The translations under genes were made by a program, and so were the position numbers. From positions 21,266,001 through 21,330,000 of the forward strand of contig NC_134470.1 in assembly GCF_964194025.1 (NCBI RefSeq): a stretch of DNA of 64,000 nt, given 5' to 3'. Shown here in pieces: positions 47,530 to 60,252 of this stretch (positions within the stretch are counted from its first letter, which is position 1; every line of letters starts with the position of its first letter). The stretch comes from Convolutriloba macropyga. Its lineage: Eukaryota. The notes beneath the pieces are model-generated. The model saw only the letters and a program-made list of their open reading frames with translations. It made no database searches and had not been told where the DNA came from.

Positions 47530-50500
47530 TCGACATTGTCTCTGAATTTTAAAAACAAGTCATTTTAGGGAGGTAGAAAATCGTGTCCTAATTTTTTTAA
47601 ATGAGTAGAAATGGCTCCAGTTAGCTTAGGGATTAATTTGACCGAAAAAATTGACGTTGCTAACTAATTTTGCGACAATTTTATCAACAAAAACAGAAGT
47701 AAATCAGTTTTCTCTGAGAAAATTGAACGATTTCTTTGTTTCGTTTATTACAGGGAGTTATCGATGTTTAAACTAAAATAAAGTGAATTCCGTTGTTTTT
47801 ATTCAAATTTTACGTAATTTTTCACCAGATTTTCATAAATTTTGCTAAAACGTGTTACTACTTCGAAAAACAATGTTATTGGTTTTACGGTTGAGGATGG
47901 AGAAGGCTCTCCAATTTGTTTTATCCGAGTTTCTTGGTTAATATTTCTGCTATATTTTCGAATTTGAAATATTTTTTTCAATCGAAAAAGGCTCCAAATT
48001 AAGTTTGGTTTCCTACTTCGTTTAAATTTGCAGGAAGTAAAAACCTAATAATATCTGCTGCCACAATCTTTGAAAACTCCAAAAAAGATAGTTGTACATT
48101 TGCTTCCTGTAGGAGTTTTCTGGAATTAAGTTATTGACGGTTTTGCAAAAATAAACCTAATAATTATGCAAATATTTTTTGCTGTTTTTTGAAACATTTC
48201 ATTGGCTGTTTGATCTATTTTGAGACATATGGAAAAATTAATTGTTTTTGTTGGACGCTGAGAAAAATCAGGGCTAGATTTCAACTTATCATTGATTCTT
48301 ACGATCATTAATTATTCGGATTATATTAGGGCGCGGTCTTCAAAATTTTTTTGCATTTTTGTTTTTTTACGTTGATTACTGACCATAATTGCTTCAAATC
48401 ACTGCCCAAACAATCACAGATCCTAATTACAACAAAAAAGGCCATAGGAAGTTATAGTTTCTCTTCAGAGCAAAGCACATGTATTTTTGTAAACTTTAAA
48501 TGATTTCTTTCTGTTTTTGGATTCATTTGTCATTCTTTTTGCCGCCTCATAGCTAAATTTAATTAATTAGCGAACATTGTGTTCATAAAGAGCTGCTGGT
48601 GAGCTTATACAATGCCTCCAGTTGTTTTAAAATGATTACTTTAAAAGAATATATTTGTTTTAAAAAAATGTTGGTGAAGTTTTGAAGTTTGTCATTTCTG
48701 TCCTTTCGCAATTTGTCATTATTTTTCTGTCCACAAGTAGCATAGTCTCAATTTATACAGGGCCATACTTATTCCAAGTTTCAAAAACTTTATATTGGTT
48801 TTATACAAGTAATTTTTTGGCTTTCCTACGAAATTACAAAAAAGTTTCAAATTTTTGCATGTTTTTCTGTTTGAGGTAGTTATTTTTCCTTTTTCAACAA
48901 ATATTAAGTATAGTTCAACTGGGCATTGAAAGGATGCGCAAAATTAACATTTTAATGACTTCCGTAAATAGCTGATAGTTTAAACGACTGCGAAGCCGTT
49001 CTCTCACAATACTTATTGTTTGGATTTGTCTTTGCCTGAAATTGTGGTTCTTTTCGTTTTTAACGGCATATTCCTGCCCATCAAAAGCATTAAGAGCTTC
49101 AATCGGTGTTTAAATGAATCTCTTTGTTGTTTTCGGATTAAAGCTAAAAGTTTTTTTGACTTTCAATTAATTTTCAAGAAAATAATTTTGTACTTCCCAA
49201 TTTTCGCATATTTTCCTGTTTTTGCAGTTGTTATTTGTACTCTTTTCAATTTATCAGATTAAAGTCTAGTATAGTTGTCTGTCATTGAAGGAATACGAAT
49301 AAGAACCTGTTTAAAGACTTCGGTGAATAGCTTTTAGTTTTAACGGCTGCGCATCGGTGCTCTCCCAAAATTTTTAGGGTTTTTGTTTTTGCCTATAAAA
49401 TCGTTCTTTTTGTTGTCACTTGGCATACTTATGACAATCAAAGGCCTTGAGTGCTCCAACAATTTTTTTAACAGAATCTATTTTTTGATTGCAGTTTATA
49501 GCTAAAGCCTTCAAAGACTTGCAATTAATTTTTTTAAGGAAACATTTCTGTTACTACTATTTTTTGTTCTTTGTCGTCAACAAGTAACCAAGTCTTATTA
49601 TTGATAGAGCTATTCATTTTTCTGTTGCTCTCTACAACTTATTTTCTGTCGGGTATGTTTTGACAGATGTCTATTGGGCTGAGAATAGTGTCTTCATAAG
49701 AATTTCGTGAGTTTTCGATATTGGTCAATATTTGTTTTGTTGTCTTTTCCACAAAGACCCTTTACCTTGTAGTCCCATTTAAAATCAAAAGGGACCAAAA
49801 GCAAATCGTTTCAACGTTTTCGTCAGTTCAAAGTTTTAATTGGTTTTTATTGTATTTTACATGTAATGGCTTCAACGCTGTGTCTTCGATAAATTGTTTG
49901 TGAAATTTTGAGTTTGAGTCCTGTCCGTATTTGCCGTTTTTGTCGTCGTGAATTTGGCCTCAATAATAACAAGCACAATTGGGTTCCTGAGCAGTTGCAA
50001 ATTGATATGTTTTGGTTTTAATTTGAAAAGCTATGGTTTGTTTGATGTTTTGGAAATATTTGTTAAAAAATCAGCAGATTTTGAGCTTTGTCACTTGTAC
50101 GTTATTTCTTTCAATTTTGTAGCTGGGTCCCTGTAACGAGAAGTCGCCTCCTCTTTCGAGTAAACCAAGATCTAATCCTTTAAAAGTTTTAAAACTAATG
50201 GTTTCTCGGCTTTGGTACTACGCATCAAGAAACGTGTGCTTTTTGGATAGTTGCTCATTCTGAGTTTTTTGTTTCCTTTACACATTATCAAACTAATGGG
50301 CTGGCCAGATTGGCTTTGAAAAAGTGCAAAGTTGACCGTATCTGATATACTCCATGAAAATTTTTTGGTTTCGCGGTTGCTGAACTGCATTCTTGTCAAA
50401 TTCAAATGTTTGTGTTTCGTTTTTGCTGTTTTTGCAGTCGTCCGACATATTACTGATAACGACAAGTTTCAATTGCTTCACATGACGTATGAATTGGCCT

Positions 50501-50996
50501 TGCTAATGAGCCGAGTTAATATGAAGTGGTTTCAATCAATTTGTATTGGTTGTTTTCACAAAGGAAAACGTATTTTTGAACTTTGTTTTTTTTTGCTCTT
50601 TGTCGACCTGTCACTGAGTCGCATTATTGAGAGGTCTTAATCTTATCCAATGAACATCTAATGAAGTTCAGGTTGATTTGGTTCGATTGGGTTTTACCTG
50701 ATTTCTTTTTCATTTTGCTATTTTCTGTTTTTTAAATATAGTCCTCCTCGAGTTTTGGTCGTAATTAATGTTTGCTATTTTTTGGTTTTGTGTGTGTCTT
50801 GTCCAGTACTCTCATTGATGGCAAGTCTCATCGGCTCTCTAATCCAGCTTTGTTGTTTCACGTACTTGTTTCTTGAAAGATATGTGTTTATTTGGACCTT
50901 TTCATTCTCTTCCTCATTTGGTAGACTTTTAAATCAAAACGTGGTTGAGCGGGGTGGGAACATCATGTGCGAACGCACATTACAGCCCCTCCCTGT
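47530..50996 (+). mobile_element. HINE-like family A related copy (3' end clear, 5' boundary uncertain)
   Basis: GGGGTGGGAACA plus perfect hairpin ATGTGCG-AA-CGCACAT (50965-50980). Weak similarity to the family 5' region near 47740 (GGAGTTATCGA). Confidence 0.45.
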
Positions 50997-51196
50997 AACT
51001 TGAAAATTGAGAAATGAAACGAATTTTTAGTGCTTGGTTTAATTGAGAACGTCACAAGTGTTCGGATGTAGGATACATAAAATAGAACTACTTCAAACAA
51101 AACTTTTTGCCGCAATGACAAAAATGATCCAGAATTTTTCTTAAAAATGACAAAAATTGTTCAGTTTTTGATTTTTTTGTACTGATTTTTTATTTG

Positions 51197-53820
51197 ACAA
51201 GGCGGCTCGTTAATGTGCGTTCGCAAATGATGTTCTGACCCGAGCTCATCTACATTTTTGACTTAATTGTCAACCAATTGAAGAGATAACAAAAATAGAT
51301 GTTTGACTTTAAAAAACACGTTACAAAACGTAAATACTAATTGAATTACATAATGCCGTTTCTCATTACAGCGCTCACGAGATCTACCAATAAAAAGACT
51401 ACGAGAAAAAACAGCAAACAACAAAATTTGCAAAAACAAAATTTTCACGGCAGAAACCCAATATATAATTTTAAAAGCACCTAGTAACAACGTCAAAATG
51501 CAATCAGATAAAACCTTAACTCCACAAATTTAGTTTCTGCTAACTATACAGCAGATGTACGTTTTTCACAATGAGATTAGGTAAAAAGTTGACATACGGA
51601 AAAAAATGAGGTTAAAGTCAAAGATCAATCAACATTTCTTAAACCAAATAATTTCAAAAGTCTAAAAAAATCTTTAGCTTTTTAACAAAATAATTCTTGA
51701 TAAATTTACTAAAAAGTCAATATGAAACTAATGGGACCTGTCTTTGCTGAGACTAAACATAGGAATAAACTAAATACGCAGAAAATCTCAAAAAAACGAA
51801 CAATTTACACAAAGACGCAGAAAATCTCAAAAAATTAAGAACAATAACATAAATTATTGAAGCCATTAAAATCATCAGCTATTATCTGAATTTTATTTAT
51901 TTTTATTTCAGTTTACATTTATACTCATTCAGCTAAAATTATACTAAAAGAGAAAAGAAGTTCGTTCATTTGGGCCATATTTGAAAATCATTGGGATCTG
52001 TTATTACCTGAATAAGCTAAAAGGAGAGAAAAAAGAAACACAAATACACCACTCACAATATTTTTTATGAAAACGCATAATGTCCACCAAACAAAACATC
52101 AGTTACGACATAATATTAGTAGACAAGTTGTCATTGAACATTTACAAGACATTACAACAAGTCATTGACTATGAAAACAAAAACAAAAACAGGCAAAATC
52201 CAAAAGTTCGGTAGAAAATTGAGAGAAGAAAGTGTCGAAGCTATTTAAACCATAAGCTTTTTCTCTGAAAACTTTTTCAACGATCCATTGAACGTCTTCA
52301 CTAAGCCAATGGGAGCTCTCAATATTAGGATAATGTAATACGATTTCAAAAAAAACCAAAATTACTAGAAAAAAATCCAATAATTATAAAAATTATGAAA
52401 ACCTCGTGCACCGAAGTCAAAAAAACCAATAGTTAGAAGACAAAACCGCTAAATAGATAAATTGTGGTTGATGCAGAAAAAAAGCGGTTCTGTCATTACC
52501 GAGACTGACTTACAATCCACGAAAATAAGCTTAAGATTGATTTATGTTCAAAAAAAATTCAAAAAAAAATATTTTTAAAGTCTTAACAGCCATTAATCTC
52601 AAAAGCTTTCATAGGAATTCAATGAATACGCTCAGCTATGCCACGATGTGAATACAAAGATGTTTATCATGCCTAGCTTATCAATAAGACATCACAATAT
52701 GTCTTATGACTATGAAAAAAAACAACAAATACAGGCAAAAACCAAAATTTCTTTAGAAAAATGGGAGAAGAAAATGTTGAGGCCATTTAAACCATATTTT
52801 TTTCTCAGGAAGTTTTATCTATGATCCTTTGGACGTCTTCATTAAAGGATGATGTAGCATGAAGTGGCATTGAAGACGTATAACCAATAGTTATTTGATA
52901 AAGCCGCCAATGAGATTAACGTATGTTGCACTGGTATGAAGGAGTTCAATCCTGTTTTACTGAGACAAACTTACAGTTCACAAAAATAAGTTTATGATTT
53001 ACTAATTTTAAAAAAAATTTCGAAAATTTATTTTCAATGTCTTAACAGCCATTAGCTGTCCACTCACAGCACTAGATAGGTTCACTTATTGCTCAGTAGC
53101 AAATCTATTACACCTTTAGTCAAAAAATTTATGCCATGGGATTATAAAACTTTAGTAAAACCTCAAAAAATAAATCAAAATTTTATTTGAAATTACGAAA
53201 TTTGAGATACGAATTAAAAAAAAAACATGAGCAATCCCTTCGAAACAAATTTTTTGTTCATTGGGCTTCATTTGATCGTAAAAGAGGTTTGTTATTAACG
53301 GAACTTCGATATTAAAAGTGTCTAGTAGTCTCTAGGTGACTTGAAAAAACAAAAAAATTGCAAAATTTTCTAAAAAAAAGAGCTCCCAAACCTATTTTGA
53401 ATTTTTTTATATATATATTAAACTTCCCTCTAAGACTAGAACTAGTCTTTATTATCGCCTTTCGTCTATTAAAAACCTAAAATTGATTTACTTTTTGGCA
53501 TGAAATCTAGTTTTGAATTAAATTTTTCGTAGAAAAATCGTTAATTCGAACGAAAATTACGGTAAAAGTGAACAAAAGTGAACCAAATATCCAGTGTTCA
53601 CATGAAACTTTAAACCTCGATAACTCCTCGAAAAAAAAAACGAGATTCAAAAAAATCTTTTTAATTTCGAATTTTACGCTGGACGAGCTTTTTAATGATA
53701 CCACGCACATTTCTCTACGATGAATATATCGGTCGGCCAAAATTCACGGAACAAAAAAAAACCCATTTGAGTATATAGTTCCTCCCCCCCCCCCCCCACA
53801 AGTGGGGTCGGAACAAAAAT
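51197..53820 (-). mobile_element. HINE-like family A copy (right arm of large inverted repeat; two internal tandem units)
   Basis: Reverse complement is collinear with 40547-44172 throughout. CTTAACAGCC unit marker at about 52582 and 53041. Confidence 0.75.
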
Positions 53821-55624
53821 TTTTTAAGTAGACCTGGATTCAAACTGATTGTGTTGGATTTTAACCAGCGTGCCATACTTGAAATGAGAGCAAACTATCT
53901 AGAGTACAAATGTTATTCATGAAAATGAAAACATTCATGCCCAATTTTTCTCGGCCTCAAGTTAAGCTTCGCAAAATTATAGTAAGTTTTCCTCTCGATT
54001 TTTTTAATAAAGAAACTGAAGAAGTTTGTAGGGACTATCTTTGCTACGCACGCTCTCCCAGGAGACGAGACGTCTTGTTTGTTTATGTATACGTCAGCAA
54101 GTTTTTTAATTGCCAAAAAGTTGACTCTTTGAGAAGAATCTTCACTTCTTCTGGCTCTTTGAGCAATTTCGTTTGTGATGAAGATTAACAATGTTGTCAA
54201 ATATAATCTTTTTTCATGTAAGGCCCGTAAACTTCGGCTTCACTAAACTTACGATTTCAATATTTTCCATGAGGACAATTACATGTTTCTCAAATCTTTC
54301 AAATTTTATTTAGTGCCAGCCTGATAATCTGGTGAGAACTTGCAGAGAGGCGACAGGTGCAAAAATTAGTTTCACGACATTTGTTGTTTCTTTTGTTTTC
54401 TTTAGTTTTAAAGTAATCAAAATGTCAGAGAAAAATTCACAATCCTGTCTAGTGATTGGCTCAATTTTTACTGCAGCTCAAAATGTGCAAGAGTTATTCT
54501 GTACCGGCAGGTACGTGAATGCGAAAATCCAACAAGAGAATTGTTCGAAAACAAAAAGGCAAGAGAGACTTAAAATAGGTCCCAAAAATGAAACGAATTC
54601 GACTGGTAATAAAACCACAAATAAAAAACAAACTTTCGATTAAATCTTATGTAGCAAACGATGTAATTGAACAACAGTTCGCTTTTGGCGTCTCCGGAAA
54701 AGCGCTTCTTGTTTCATTTTTTACATAAAATCGGCATTAATATCATTTGCTCACATATCTTGAGTTGAAAGCACAGTAACGCAATACGACCGGAAACAGC
54801 TGAAAATTGAAATGAAATTGATGAAAAATAAACCAGTGTTTAATTAATTATCCATAGCTCTCAAACTAAAATTTTTCATCACGGCTGGATTGAAACTAAG
54901 CAATTACAGATAATCATTTTGTATTTTTTGCTGATTTTGGTGTTGTTAATTTTTGTACATTTTATAGGCGGGATTTTTATAACATGTCACTTCATTTATT
55001 TATTGATGCTGAAAATTCTAATTTGATTCCTCATGTAAAATCTTGGAAAAACGGTCCAAAAGCTCCTGTCAAAATTTTAACGCAATTATTGCTTTGTTGT
55101 CCGCATTATTGCATTAAACTTTAAACAGCAATACTGTACGATGATTTATAATCGACATTTTTTTTGAACCGCGATACTTTAAACTGCAGTATTTCGTGAT
55201 ATCTTTTTGAGCGGTATGTTCTGATCAAACTTCGACTTAAACTTCACAAAGCTGCATAAATGCTGGTAGGACTCATGACTCATGAAAATCATGGGAAATT
55301 ACAAAGTTACCTTTTGTACGACTTTTGCTTGGGTCTTTTTACAACTCAGTGAAAATCGCTAGCATGTGAATCTGTGCACATAAAGTTTATGATACTTAAC
55401 TGATTTGTTTCCATTGAAACGTGTGGATGAACTGGATTAAATTGCTTATGTCAGCACATTTTTTTTGCTGTTTGGTTATTTTACCTCGTCACAGCTCAAA
55501 TTCTCTGATTATTAAAGTTTAAGAAAGTTAAGATCTGTGACACCACAATGGAAATTTCGAATAGCACAATCCCGTAACAAAAATAAAGACGAAAAACCTG
55601 CGCAAATTAGCTGCTCTTTGCGAA

Positions 55625-55906
55625 ATGAAGAAACCTCAAAAAGATTCAGAAGGCGAGGGTGTCTTAGAACAATCCACTAAATCAGAAGATAATGTCGTAA
55701 AATCGACGACGAAGACGAAGAAAAAAAGCAAGAAGTCAAACGACTATTTCTTAGCTCTCAAATGGCTATTAAGAGTATCTTTTCTGCTCTGTTCAGTTAT
55801 AGTCACCTTGACCGCTATGACCCTCTGTGTTATTTCGTCATTCATGTCCATGCGTGATCTCAACATCGCCCTTGAGACTTATTTGAACGTGAACAAAGCT
55901 AGAAAG
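55625..55906 (+). CDS. Probable first coding exon of an unidentified membrane protein
   Basis: ATG, charged N-terminus, hydrophobic segment WLLRVSFLLCSVIVTLTAMTLCVISSF, then a strong phase-0 donor AAG|GTGAGT at 55906/55907. Composition resembles the host genes. No downstream exon identified. Confidence 0.5.
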
Positions 55907-56669
55907 GTGAGTCAAATTGAGGAAAGCTAGGTCCGATTTGTAAAAACAGTTAGTTGTCTTTTGGATTATAGCTGCAAAGCTGTACGTTGAGCGTAGTTAT
56001 AAGAGTCTGGTGATTCGATTTTTGCGACAGGAAGGAATGTCTTGAGATTCGAAGATTTTACTTTTAAATTAGTGGAGTGAACAGGGTATTGGATATAAGA
56101 CAAAAGCAATTTTTGCAGCGAATGACACTTGACGATGTAAGGTTGTCAAATGTCCCTATTAGACGTCTTTAAACTCTTTAAGCAGTTGTACAATGTTTTA
56201 TTGTTTCTATCCTTTGCATCTTTTCTAAAATCCGCGTTGTTATCCAGGGCAAGAGTTCTGATGAAAATTGGGAAAATATTAAGCGACATATTATTTGTTT
56301 TAAGGAGAAGTCTTAGCTATTGAAGAAAAATGACTGAAAATTTGGGGTAAATAATTTTTAAATTTTGCAAATGCACAAAACATGAAATATGCATTGCACT
56401 GTCATCTTACATCAACTTCGGACAAATTCTCAAATTCTGCTCAATGACATAAGTTGTTGATGGATAAATTGTTCCATGTTTGGTTTAACGCTTAGGAGAT
56501 AATATTTGGCGTTAGTAATCATTTCAGCCGTTTTCATAGTTTTGTATTTTACCCTCTTTTCAACGTCTTTTATGTGAGGTTTTAGATTCCTAGGACGTCA
56601 TTTTGCTTGAATGTAGGTTACTGGATAGTTTCTAGAGACAAAGGAATAGTTTTGAGGATATTGATATCA

Positions 56670-59600
56670 AAAAGTCATTAAAGAGCAAAAAAGAGCAACG
56701 TTCGAGAACAGTCGCTTACATATTCATGAACTGAATTGAAACTATTGCACTGCTTACGTAAAAATCATGGCCAAATTCGCGTTCGAACCTGAAATTTGTT
56801 CTATTACTGACGAAAAAATGCGAAACATTCTTACTTATTTCCATAAAAAACTTATTGAAAAAGACGACCAAATAGTTTCTCTGACAAACCAAGTTACCGA
56901 ACTGGAATCCAGAGTGATTCAATTGGAGCGGTATAGTTCGAAAGACACAATCATTATAAATAACCCCCCTTTGCAACCTGGTAACGCCAACAGAACGGAT
57001 CAAATTCTATTTTTCTTTAATAAATGTTTGAATTATTCCATGACTCCGGACGCAATCAAAGCCTGCCACCCCTTGGGTAATTGGAAAGGTAACTCCTCCC
57101 CCTGCGGTAATTGTCAAATTTATTTACTACAACGATAAAATTGAACTATACAATCGTCGACCAATGCTCGCAAATTTTAGGAACCCTCTAAATGGTAAAC
57201 CCGTATATATGAAAGAACGTCTCCCCCAACATGATTTGGCCATTCAAAAACGCGCTAAGGAACTGGATTTGGTCACCACGAACTACAACTGTAGGGTAAA
57301 ATTGTTTTTGAAAACTGAAAATGGGCGTTTAACACAACCTGTTGAAAATCAGACGCAGTGTACACTCCCTTTCGACTTCGTGTTTTCGTAACAGTTTTAT
57401 TATCAAGTAATTGGACAATCATCTATCACTTGGAAATGGATAAACATTTGAAATCGCTTTTGTTTATAAACGTGCAATCCTTAAGATCCCATCATGACCA
57501 ACTTTGCTGTCAACTAGAAACCCTCGAAACCAAACCAGCTGTAATAGCTGTATGCGAAACCTGGCTCACTGATAACGATCCAATAGACATGTATTTCATA
57601 ACAGGGTATCAAACAATTATAGTAAAAAATAGAAACGACAAAAGAGGAGGAGGCGTTGGCTTTTTTGTACGAGATGATTGTAAGCTAATATAATATCCAC
57701 TTTCTTTTTTGAAGGAAATCTGGAGCACCTACTTCTAACCATGAAAGCGATGAAAGTAGAAACTATTATTTGTGGTGACTTTAATATTGATATCTTTGAT
57801 ACATATGATCAACAGTACAAAAACTTGATCAATTCATTTAACAATGAAATGCAAAACGCAGAAAGCACAAGAGTAACTAAGTTCACGAGCAAATGTATCG
57901 ATCATATTTTGTCGCAACAATCGAAAGAAGTATCAACCCTGAAATGGACTTTCAGCGATCATTACGCTCTACTTTTTGAGTTTGAATTTTCAGTCTCTAG
58001 CTCTCAATCTAATGAATTTTATTACAGTCGTAACTTTAAATTTTTTGAGAATGAACAGAATTATTTGAACTTCCTCTTCATTCTCCAACATAGATTAAAC
58101 AAGATGAATGATTATGATCTTGAAAGTTCTTGGTGTGAACTAAGTTCAATCATTCTACAAGTTTTCGATGATAAATGTCCAATTACGAACAATAAAATCT
58201 TCAAAAACAGTTGGATGACAAACAGGTTAAAGAATCCTATTAGCAAAAGAGATCGTGCTCATGATACACTCATATCTCACCCAAATAGTAAAAACGAAAT
58301 CCGTTTCAAGCAATTACGTAATTTAGTAACAAATGAAGTGCGAAATGATTGAAAACAGCACTATGATCAAAAACTGACGTTGTCAGGTAGCCCAGCTCAA
58401 AAATTTAAATTGCTCAAGGAATTCCTAGGGCAAAGGAAAAAATCAGTCATAGATATTGATGTGGAAGAATTTAATCACTTTTTTATCAACGTGGGGAAGA
58501 AAGTGAGTAACACAAATTTTCAAAATGTAGAAAGTGAGCCAGGTTTACCCTGTCACGACAAAACTTTTTCCTTATTTCCCGTTGACACTAAGGAAATTTT
58601 AAATATAATAAGATCATTAGAAAACAAAAGAACAGCGGGTCATGATGGGATCAGTAACAAACTTTTAAAACTAGTAGCTTCAGTTGTCAGCTATCATGTG
58701 GCTAAACTGATAAATAGGAGCATTCAAGAAGGATTTTTTCCGGTTTGTCTTAAAACAGCTAAGGTAATTCCTCTACATAAAAATGGAAATTTTGAAAACC
58801 CTTCAAACTATCGACCAATTAGTCTTTTGTCATCCCTAAGCAAAGTGTTTGAAAAACTCTTGAATACAAGGATGGTTGAATTCCTCGAAAAACATCAACT
58901 TTTTTCAGACGAACGGTTCGGATTCCGGCAAAAACGCTCATGCGCGCGCGCTATCGCATCAGTTACAGAACTGATGCGAAATGTTATTGAATCACAAAAA
59001 ATGGGTTTCGCTTGCTTCATTGACTTTCAAAAGGCATTTGACACAATTGATCATTCACTTCTTATGAAAATATTACAAAATTTAGGCTTTCGAGGAAAAA
59101 TTAATACACTCATTGCTTCATTCCTGTCAGATAGAAAACAAAACCGAAAAAACTGGAAATTAATGTAGGTGTTCCATAAGGATCAATTTTGGGTCCGTTG
59201 CTGTTTCTTTTGTTTATCAATGATCTGCCTCAGATTGTTCAAGATAGTTCAAAATTAGTACTTTTTGCAGACGATACAACAATTTTAACATCAGGCAAAA
59301 ACTCGGAAATTGAGGAAAAGCTCAATAATGACTTGAAAAAGATTGAAAATTTGTGTTCAAGAAAAAAACTTGTCCTAAAGAGTAAGAAATGTAAAATTGT
59401 AGGTTTTGGCCGGAATCTACAAAAATCAAAAAATCTGCTATTAGGCGAAGTTCTTGAAGAAGTGGTTTCGTTCAAATATCTAGGATTGTTCATAGATAAG
59501 CATCTCAATTTTGATCTACACATTGAACATGTTGAAAAAAAGTTAGCAAAATTCAACGGAATGCTGTTCCGAGCAAGAAACTCTCTCTCGAAAATTTTTC

Positions 59601-60252
59601 TATTACAAATGTATAATAGTTATGCCAAACCAATGATATCGTATGGAATTTTAGCTTACGGTTCGGCGAAAAAAAAACAAAACTCAGTTCTATTTTTTGT
59701 CTACAAAAACGCATTTTAAATACTATCTTTTTCAAGAAGAGAGGAGACCATGTATGCTATCTTTTCAAGGGTTACAGCGTGCTGTCAGTTTTTGATTTAT
59801 ATTTTGATGCTCTTTTAAAAGAGATCCTGAATCAGATTGCAAAAGTTTCTCTTTTGAATTTTCTTGATGTTGACAGTAACAGACCAAACACGCGGGCGTC
59901 CATTAAGTCACTCATCCCTTTGCCAAAAGTCAAAACACAGACTCAGAAGAAATCCTTGAGATTTTCAATAATAAAAATGTTCAACTATCTTGCTAAAGAA
60001 AGTCTATTACCCAAACAAGTAGCTAAAAAAGAAAATTTTTTGATTCGAACTAAATTTAGGGCATATTATTTGGATAATAAAGATGTTTTCGGTATGTTTT
60101 ATTAGGTATTGCACGTTCTTTTTCTCTGGCCCCTCTTGTAGAGTCTTTTGACTCGTATGGTCTCCAAGGTGGTAAAATGATTAAATTTAATACTCTGTAT
60201 AAAGTACTCTGTATCGTCTACCATCTGAATTTAAATAAATCAATCAATCAAT
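56670..60252 (+). mobile_element. Near full-length but disrupted LINE (CR1/L2/Crack group): ORF1 plus APE-RT ORF2
   Basis: ORF1 56767-57390: coiled coil plus LERYSSKDTIIINN..IKACHPL. APE 57436-57980: INVQSL, VCETWL, RGGGVG, GDFN, CIDH, SDH. RT: NYRPISLL, FIDFQKAFDTIDH, GSILGPLLFLLFINDL, LFADDT. 3' AATAAA(TCAA)n tail. Several stops and frameshifts. Confidence 0.93.
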
